Source: Octopus sinensis
Taxonomy: Eukaryota
DNA length: 64,000 nucleotides
Reading direction: 5' to 3'
NCBI RefSeq assembly: GCF_006345805.1
Contig: NC_043017.1
Coordinates: 23,808,001-23,872,000 of the forward strand
Part shown: in pieces, positions 42,301 to 53,212 of the stretch
Layout: every line of letters starts with the position of its first letter
Numbering within the stretch: position 1 is the stretch's first letter
The notes under the pieces: model-generated
The model's input: the letters and a program-made list of their open reading frames with translations, nothing else
Database searches by the model: none
What the model was told of the DNA's origin: nothing
Position numbers and translations under genes: made by a program

Positions 42301-43080
42301 TCCAACCCATGCTAGCATGGAAAACGGACGCTAAATGATGATGATGATGATGATGATGATAGTCACAAGGTAGACCCCCAATTCTTTGAGTTGTACTTAT
42401 TTCATGAACCCTGTATCCCATGGAATTTTTTTTCTTCTCTCACCCATTTTTATTCTTCAACAACAATTTGCAACAATTTAAAATGACAATAGTTTCAACC
42501 AATCATTTCTGTGAGTCAATATAAGAACAGAAATAATTAAGGGTCTTTCTCTTCTTCAGATTAGCTAAAAAAATAAAACACAACAAAAAGGATTAAAAAA
42601 TCATGAATATACAACATAAAATAACTTATGCGAAAATGCTTACCCTGATCCAGGAAGCAGATAACGTGGCACTATTGCCGAACTGTTGCAGTTATTTCTA
42701 TCATCACCATCAATTATGGAGGGCCTTGTATTATCCTGTGAAATCATGCATGTATATATATATATAATAAATGTGTTTACATTTAATATTGTAATTATTC
42801 ATTGCTATTTGTTACTCTATTGGAATAATTAAAATATATCTTACTGAATGTTTATATACTCTCTTTACTCTCTTTTACTTGTTTCAATCATTTGACTGCG
42901 GCCATGCTGGAGCACCGCCTTTAATCGAGCAACTCGACCCCAGGACTTATTCTTTTGTAAGCCCAGTACTTATTCTATCGGTCTCTTTTGCCGAACCGCT
43001 AAGTGACGGGGACATAAACACACCAGCATCGGTTGTCAAGCAATGCTAGGGGGACAAACACAGACACATAAACACACACA

Positions 43081-43128
<48 letters not shown>

Positions 43129-46100
43129 TACGACGGGCTTCTTTTCAGTTTCCGTCTACCAAATCCACTCACAAGGCTTTAATAAGACATTGAACATCTG
43201 TTACTGGTATTGTTATTTTTATTACTTTTGTTCACTTCTGTTAGTATCAACCAATCCTCTTCTGACTTCACCCCATTCCCACTATCTTTCCCTTCATACT
43301 CTTGCTCCGTCCACTCTCTCACCTACTCTGGTCCTTCGTCTCTCTCTCTCTCTCTCTCTCTCTAAATATCTATCTATTTGTCTATCTGTCTGTCTATCTC
43401 TCTCCCTTTTGGTGAAGTTAATTATTCAGAGACATCTTCGGCATGAGAATCATATTTAAAACAGTGATTACCAAAACTCTAATTAAAAATGCTTATACAG
43501 TGAAAAATACAACATCATTCAATAACTAATGTTTTTTTAATCATTTCAGCATATGAAAGATAACTCTAGATATGTTTCAGTCTTATTAAAACTCAGTGAA
43601 ATAGAGTCATCACTGTATTTTCAAAAGTAGAGATGAGAGAATCACTAAATAAATATACAGTATTGTACATGAGGAGGTGTCATCATATGTGTAGATACAG
43701 TTTCAGAAAATTTAAATAAACATATCACTTATATTGATGTTGATATTACTCTATATCTATTAAAATAACTGTTGCATTAAGTATATTATATTAAAAGCTG
43801 GGAAATTTAAATACAATTTGGAGGGGAGACACAAATCTAGGTTCTTCAGTTGGCCTTTCTAATAAAATAAAAAGAAAGGTGGGGGGTGTTCAATAGTGAC
43901 TTATCTCTTTTATAGTCTATCTTTTACTTGTTTCAGTCATTAGATTGCGGCCATGCTGGGGCACCATCTTGAATGAATTGACTCCAGGATTTATTCATTT
44001 TTTTAAAAAACCTGGTAATTATTCTATCAGTCTCTTTTGCTGAGTCACTAAGTTATGGGGATGTAAATACACCAGCACAAGTTGTCAAGTAGTGGCAGGA
44101 GACAAACAACACACACTCATATATGATGGGCTTCTTTCAGTTTCTGTCTACCAAATCTACTCACAAAGCTTTGGTTGGCCCCAGGCTATAGTAGAAGACA
44201 CTTACCCAAGGTGTCACACAGTGGGACTGAACCTAGAACCATGTGGTTGAGATGCAAGCTACTTACCACACAGCCACACCTGCAGTTATTATGTGAGCTA
44301 ACAACGTAAATGAGAAACATACAACAACAAAGTATTATAAATCCCTCAATAAGTCCATTTACTACTCAAGCACTAAATTGTAAACTCAAAACTCAACATT
44401 ATTATTACCCACTTGTTCTTACTCTCAATTTAAGAAGGACTAAAAATATCTATGGGTTTTGCTATTTCTCATCAGACTGACAAACAAGAGAATACATCAT
44501 CATAACCCCTGACCCAAATGAACCTCAAAATCCTTTTATGCTAATAATTTTTTTTTTTTTAATTGAGCATAACAGAAGAAACAGAAGCTTGCTAAAAAAT
44601 TTAACTTACAAAATTATTCTCTGTTTCTAAATCAATTTCACAATCTTTGAGATTGAAGGTAAGTTCTTGCTGGACAGCGTTAGCAATTTTTTCTGCTACA
44701 GAAGGATATAATGACAAGACACTGATGAATCCCATTAGGTTGATACACTGAAGTTCACAGTACGTCAACGATTTCACACTGCAACTGGAACTAGCGACTG
44801 GATCTTCAAATTGGAGGTCAATACCAAACAGATCACCTTTACCTAAATTTGAAAAATACAATTGATTAAAAAACACAGGAACGTTAAAAGTCCGAATATT
44901 AATTTCTAATATTGGCACAATGCCACAAATTTGGGGAAAGACTATGGCTAATGAAATTAACTCTAGTATTTGGCTGATACTTTGTTTAATCAACCCCAGA
45001 AGAATGAAAAAGAAAATTGATCTTAGTGGCATTCAAGATCAGAATTGGTATAACTAAATATTAAATAATATCTAGAGAGGCATAACTAAATACTGCATTA
45101 GAGTTTGTCCTACCTAGCAGCAGGAATTAGCAATTTCATTACAGTCAACATAGATAGCTCTCTATCATGCAGAAAAAAAAAGAAAATATTTGTCTGACAT
45201 GGTTGGGAAACCGGAGATCTTTTTTATATTTGATGACTGCACTGAATTAAGCGCAACTTACTAAGACTACATAAATTTTAAATTCTCTTAAATATGCAGA
45301 AAATAGTAATATTTATTGTGAAAATGCAACTGTAAATATTGATTTCAGGTTTTGGCACAGTGCTCATCTAGTACTTATTTTATTGACACTCAAAAAGATG
45401 AAGGGCAAAGTCGACCTCAGTAGAATTTGAACTCAGAATGTAAAGACAGATGAAATGCTGCTAAATATTTTGCCTTGTAGCTAATATTTACTTTTGGTTG
45501 ATTGAACCAAGAAGAGATTTTTACCAGGGAAATACAGTACTGTTAACTGGAATATTTTTACTAATTTGGTAATATATAACCATCAAAGATATTATTATTA
45601 TTATTATTATTATAATTAGGAGGAGGAGGAATAAATAAATTTACTGAGGATGTTGAAGACTGAAAAGCTAAATGAGAGGCAGCATTCAGCAAATAGAGAA
45701 AATAAATTTTCTTAGAAAGCAATAATTAACCAAAATTTAGACATTATAAGAATTGATTACATACCTAATAGTGCCACCACTTTGTCATCTTTGAGAATCT
45801 CCAGAGAACCACTAAGGATGAAGTAAAGATAGCTAATGGCATCACCTCGATGAATCAAGTATTCACCGGGTGCACAGAAAGTACGTCTAATTTGTAAGGA
45901 TATTGCCTTCATACATCCATGAGTAGCACATTTAAACAATGGCAAAGACAAAATCTCTTTATGAAGATGCATTGATATTTCCCCTTTCATTTCATCTGGG
46001 AATTCATAAAATAGCTGAAATGATAAATAAAAGTAAATGATTGATTGATTATAAAGAATATATTACCTTTTGTGAGATGTATATTTATCTGATGTACACC

Positions 46101-46866
46101 TCTACTTATTGTTCATTCTTGTATCATTTATATATTTGCACACCATCACTACTACTACTACTACTATTATTATTGTTACTAGCTGTCCCCGTACTGTCAA
46201 AAATGACAGCTAATTGTATTATTTTATATATAAAAAGAGTACAAAAATGTGAAAAAGAAATCAATGCTTCAACCCTGGGTGTGTGTGTGTGCTCATGCGT
46301 GCACGTGTGCATATGTATACATTTATAAGTATGAGTAGCATAGTATGTAGCGAACACAGTTTCCTATACTTTGTTACAGCCCACTTCCATCTTTCTTAAG
46401 TGTATCTGTTTATATATGTATGTGTAAATGCAGGTGTCTGTAATTCTATTTTCTATGTATCTTTCTAAATAAACATACATAAACACATATACACTCACTC
46501 AAGCATATAAATACATTTTACACAAACATTTACAGTCCTCCCTTTTACACACATACACATATACCCACACAGAGTTGAAGCACTGTTTGATTTTTGTTTC
46601 ACCGTTGACTCTTCACCATCCCACTTACATTGATAGATCACCCTTTCCTTTCTCATTCATATGTTGCGACAGAGAAATTCACAAGAGTATTATTGTAGTA
46701 GATTATTATAGTAGAGGATATACAATGCTCTCTTTGCTACTTCCTCTCTCTCATTACTGTTACTTTCTCTCACTCCCTCTCAGTCATGGCTATTACTCTC
46801 ACTACTTCTCCTTCACTGAATTACTATTTTCTCTCCTCTCCCTTTACTCCTACTGTGTGATTTTGG

Positions 46867-46924
<58 letters not shown>

Positions 46925-49900
46925 ACACAAATGTATAAAAACACTACACTCATTATTATATTAGGAGATTATGTTATTTGTTTTGTGCCTGCTTCAATGT
47001 CTATTGTTTATTTTCATATCTAATTATATTTATTTCTTTGAGCAGGAGAGGAATGAAAGAGAAAAAAAGAAAAGGAAATGAAAAAAGAATAAAGAAAAAG
47101 TAAAGCAGAACAGTTAGAAATAACAGAGTCACTTGCAATATAGAGTTTTTTGTATAAATATTGACATAAAGAATTGATTGGTATTTCTCAGAATCTGTTT
47201 TTCCAAAAATTCTGTGAGAAATGGCGCCTTTTAATAAAATCTAATAAACCTTCTATTATAAACAAAAATAGTATTCACCATTTTCAGAATAAGTAAACAT
47301 ATATTGTTTTCATTTTGCTAGGAATAAATTATTTCTAAAACAATTTTTGTTTGTTTTAATGTCTAATTAAAATTAAGATGACAAAGGTTGTCCTTAAAGT
47401 ATTGGTATATATTCCATGAATCTTAGAAATTTGTAACAGAATTCCATGGCAAACTAAGTTTAGGAACTATTGATCTTTTCTTTACTTGTTTCAGTCATTA
47501 GACTGTGGCCATGCTGGGGCACTGCCTTGAAGAATCTCCACTAGAATAGGCTGACCCCAGTACCTTTTTTTAAAGTATGGTACTTATGTTATCGATCTCT
47601 TTTGCCAAACTGCTAAGTTAAGGGGACATAAACACACCAACACCAGTTGTCAAGCAGTGTTGAGGACAAACACATACACACATATATACATACGACGGGC
47701 TTCTTTCAGTCATCTACCAAATCCACTCATAAGGATTCGGTTTGCCCGAGGCTATAGTAGAAGACACTTGCCCAAGGTGCCATGCAAAGGGACTGAACCC
47801 AGAACTATGTGTTTGGGAAGCAAGCTTTTTACCAGACACCTATGTACAGATATAGATTATTTACAGACTTGATTATGGAAAGTAAAATAGATCGAGGGAT
47901 AAGATTTTTGTAGTCTAGCAGCCCATCCAGCCTTCATTTCCTTCCCATACAATTTTGCAAACCATCCATTCCCCCACTTTTGCTCAATTTCTGTGTTGCA
48001 GGCCGACCTGGGCACCTTATCATCATTCTCTAAAACTTTGCAGCTCCTACAAATCATTTTCTCTTTTCTCTCTTCTAGATGATATGAACAGCCATGCAGG
48101 TCCTCTACAAGGATCTGCTCCAACCTCCCCACATTCTCATAATTTAGCACCTCCTCCCCTAGCATGAAGCTGAACCCCCAACTGCACCAGGGTTTGTAGT
48201 CCTGTGGGCTGCATGGTGACTTCAATAATGCATGTGGCACTCACTCCATGCTGTGAAGTGTTTGGCATTAGGAAGGGCAGTCACCATAGAAACCATGCCA
48301 AAGCACACACTGGAGCATGATGCAGTCCTTGCACTCACTGAATCCTGTCAAATCATCCAACCCATGCCAGCATGGAACATGGACATTAACTGTTGGTGAT
48401 GATGATGATGATGATGATTAAAAATCTTTTTTTTTTACCTCATTTAGATTGATTCCATTATTCATTGTCCACATACTCTGAAAATAGTCTTGGATTCGAT
48501 GCTTCAAAGGTTTCGGAATATTGTAAGTGTGATAGAATTCCTTTAAGTCATTAGTTTTCATGTGAAATGTAGCTCTTCTCGCGTAAGCTCTCTGCACAAT
48601 AGCAGTCACATTACCAAACACCAAAGCATACATCATTGCTGCAAAGAAAACAAAACATTTAGAATGGAACTTGCAGCATAAAACTATCTCATATACATAC
48701 ACACTGACCTTACACTGATCATATACATACAATGATCTCATATATGTACACGCAAAGTAAACAGTACATATCCATTAATAATAAACTAGATACACTCTCA
48801 AAATGCAGCTATATCATCATTAATTATCCTGACTAGTATATCTACTAATTACATGCTTACATAAACTTAATTACAAGCTGAATTCTGCTGCTTACAATGA
48901 TTAATAGTTGTTGCTGTTGTTATTTAGCTCAGATTAAGCAGACACAAGATCATAAGACATTCTAAATATGACCATCCTATATTTTAGGAGCAGGTAGGAC
49001 TACTTTATCTAACATGCCCTTTCTTACTTAAGATAGCAGGGTGTGTTCTGAGAAGTAATTTCTATTTCTAGCAGGCAAGGCAACCACTTAGAGCTCCTCT
49101 CAATGGCATGAATGATTAACAGGTTTCCTATGGTGCTTATTTTACAGCAAGGGAAATTAAACCAGTAACATTTAAATATTTTTGCCAAAAGATACTGCAC
49201 AGCAATAAGATAAGATATAAATCATGAAGTTTTTCTGCTGATAGATTGACACTAACTATGTTCTCAAATTCTTATACAAATATACAAAAATTTATATAAA
49301 CTAAATAAAAAGAAAGCGGATTATTAAATACAAAAGAAAAGAAAAATGATACCTACCACCAATAAGCATTGCACAAACAGAGAAGATCTTCTCAGCATTT
49401 GTATTGGCTGATACATTACCAAAGCCTACTGTAGTTAAACTACTACATGTAAAATACAGAGCTGTTAAGTAACAACTCCACATATCAGGTAAATGAGTGC
49501 GATTCATAATAGGTCTGTTTAATGTATCCGCCAATTCATTCAGCCAGCCTAGAGAATAGAGAAATTCAAATTAAACACCAGCAAAAACTTATGTATAAAA
49601 ACAATATATATATATACATATATATATATAAAAGAGTAATGGCTCAGGTGTGGCTTGTATGGGCTGGATAGTTGCTTTCCAACCATCTTTTTGGAATTTT
49701 CAGAAAATTTTTGTGAATTTGTATTCTAAACATTGGTAAAAATTGTTTTAATTTTTCGAATTAAAAAAAGAAAATTTGTTTCATAATTTTTCCAATTTTT
49801 TTTTTTTAAATCAAGTTTTTTTAAAATACAGAAAATCTGAATATTTTGCTTAAATCCTAGTGATAGACCATTGAAATGTGTTTATGGGAAGAAAGATATT

Positions 49901-50865
49901 GAAATACATCAATGTATTGGAGTGACAAACTAACAAGAAGCATATCAGGTGGTTGTAAGATGTGCTAAGAATAACACCTGAATATCCCTTAAATCACACA
50001 AAAAAATGTGTCTTTGGTTTTTGCATAACCATATGAATTTGTATGTGTAGAACACAAATTCGCAAAGATTTTCTGAAAATTCCAAAAAGTGAAAAGGTTA
50101 TGAGTGGTTATATGGGATGCTTAAAGCAGAATTCCACCAAATGTAACTCCATTAGTACTTACCTATCCTCCAGCTTGTGGGATGTTTCTGTAGTTCAAAT
50201 TTCCCTATGCTGTACCAAACACAAGCTAACCAGTGGGCTGTTAAAGTAAACATGGACAGCAACAGGATTATCACAACACTTCCATATTGTGAGTAACGGT
50301 CCATTTTCTGGAACAACCGTATTAATCTCAGTAACCTGGCAACCTTCAGCAATGGAATAAGGGTACCCTGGCAAAAGTAATAAAAAATTTCAGTTTTTGT
50401 TGGCTTATTTCACAAAGTTTAATAATATATCTCACTATCCATTCAACCAACCTGGAGAATACAAATTAAAATTAACCCTTTCGCATTCAGATTTCTTTGT
50501 CAAATGTTTTGCTTAATTATTCACATTGCTTTGAATTGATTACACATTATCTTGTAGCTTCAAGATTTCAATGGTGTGTCTGTATAGTTTTAGAATGACA
50601 TTGTAGAATAGGTGTAAGTGGTTGGATCTGGTCAGTTTTCACATTAAATAGGTAAAATATTTGGGCCAGATTAAATGTTAATGGATTAAACACCAAGTCA
50701 CTCTGGAATACTTAGTAGCTAACATTGTTTTAATACCATGTAACTTTTTTGTTCTCAACAACTTTCTAAAAAATTGAAATTTAAAAAAAAATTCTGAGTT
50801 ATTCAAATGTGAAGCAACATTATAAGAACTATAAAACTACTCTCTCTCACTCTCTTTTCCCCCAC

Positions 50866-50899
<34 letters not shown>

Positions 50900-53156
50900 G
50901 ACAAGGTTTTTCCAACTGATAATTCTATATGACAGAGAAAGCCAAATATTTTTATTAAATAGGTTAGGCAGGATAATAAAAAAAATCCTAAATATTTAGC
51001 ATATAAGAAAATATCAAGCATATTTAGAGACTTTTAATGGACCCTATTGCATTCAGATGCTTTTAAAGGACCCAACTGCCTATTAAAGGATAATTGTTCT
51101 ATGATGTTAAAAAAGTTGTTAAAAACTAAATAAAAACAAAAGTCTGACTGATACCATCAACAATCATTCAACTCTTGCAGTGATTTAATAAAATGATTCA
51201 ATAAAGTAATTTGAAAATGATTCAGTGAAATGGTTTCTAATTTATGAAAACATTTGTTGACAATCAGTAAAAATATGTTAATAGCTAATAAAAAGCAAAC
51301 CATTCATAAGCTAGTTATCTCAAATTTTAAGTTCCATGTTTTGGACTATTTATCAACTGGTAGTGAAATACAAGTATTCAACAAATTAAGTACCATCAGC
51401 TACAACAAAACAGACTTCTTTTCAAAAATGTGTTTGGTGGGATAAAGTCTATACAATATACAGGCCTATCCAAGTCTAGAAAGGACTACAGAAAAGAAAA
51501 CCAGGTTTGTGATCCAGTTTCATTTACCAGTTCTAGCTAATTAAATTTAATTTATATCGCTTATATCAATCAAAAAGACATACATTGATTTCTTGTTGAT
51601 TAGCCCCTATTCACAAGTGGACAAGTAAACCTAAGATCAAAGGCATTCCAGACAGGATCATCCCATATTCTAATATATCTAGGTCTACATTGTTCAGTGT
51701 CCATCCTATTTTTGAAGATGGTAGAAAGTACTTTGAAGGATATTTAGCAGTTATTTATAGCAAGTCAAGCAACCCATAGAGTCTGTCTTGCTGATTTGTC
51801 TTTTCTCAAAAATTACCATAAACAGCACATCTTAATTGATTTTTCTCCAAAGTATCATATTTTACATATTTATATAACATTTGGCTACAAAACTGTAAGC
51901 ATGGTATCAGTAACATTATAATACTGCTCTAGTAATAACAGTTAAATCATTGCTGAAGGAAGGACATATGTATGTATTTATAAAGAAATATGGCTTTCGT
52001 TGACATGGAGAAAGCCTCTGACAGAGAGAAAGACTTTGACAGGAAGAAACCCTTTGATAGGGAGAAAGCCTTCGACAGGGAGAAAGCCTTCGACAGTGAA
52101 CCCCGATCCCATATCTGGTGGTAAATAAGAAATCTAGGGATAGATGAATGGTTAGCGAGAGTTGTGCAAGTCATGTACAGGGACACTGTCAGTAATCTGA
52201 GAGCAAAATAGGCATTGTTTTCAATGTATTCTCTGTCAGCCCTATATAGAAAGTTGAGGTATTGTTAGACAACAAATCAGTGTAATATACAAATTTCTTT
52301 CAAGGCATTTGGCTTTTAGTAAGAAAAGACCTCCGTTCTGTGGTAATTATCAGTATGTCTGCCCCTCATTGTTGGTGTGGCTTAAGAATGCCTGCAGTTC
52401 CACATCATCTGTCACCCCAATGAAATCTTGAATAAATAATTTGAATTTACTTCAATTTGCTGTCATTTGCCAAAGTTCCTGTAAGTTAACTTCAAAGCAG
52501 AACCACTAACAGCATTGCTTGGCCTTGGTTTAGGTTTATGGAAAGTATCAGAAAAGGACAATAGTTTATGACTTACTACTTGATAACATGTATCCTTATG
52601 CAAAATTTCAGTGATCTAGGTGCAAATACCCCCCCCCCAACATACACACATTCAAAATACATATGAGCAAGAGAAACTTCTTCCACCCTCACTCAAACAC
52701 TTCTGATATATGATAGAATATCGCTCACCGTTTCTACTTGAAAAGCATAAAGTAAATCAAAAGGAATAGCAGCCAGAAGATCCATGAGAAACCACTGTTT
52801 TATATAGTTCAAAGCAATAAGTTTTCCATCATAAATCACTTGACCAGTATTACTGACATACGTTGTTCGGAAATTCAAAATGATATCTGAAAAAAATGAA
52901 AGGAGGAGAAAGTGAAAGACAATACTCAGCATGATGAAATATTGAGGGAGAGTGAGAGAAGACAAAGAAGTAGAAGACTGAGTGGGAGAAAAACAGAAAA
53001 ACTGAGAAAACATGAAGTGGTGTTTTTAATATTTAACAATCCAGTATAGTAAATTGTATCATCTCTGCTTGAAATATACCTCAAAGAGTGGATCGGATGG
53101 CCAAAGTAGTTGATCAAATGATTATGGATAATTCACGTGTCCATTAGTCATACTAA

Positions 53157-53212
<56 letters not shown>

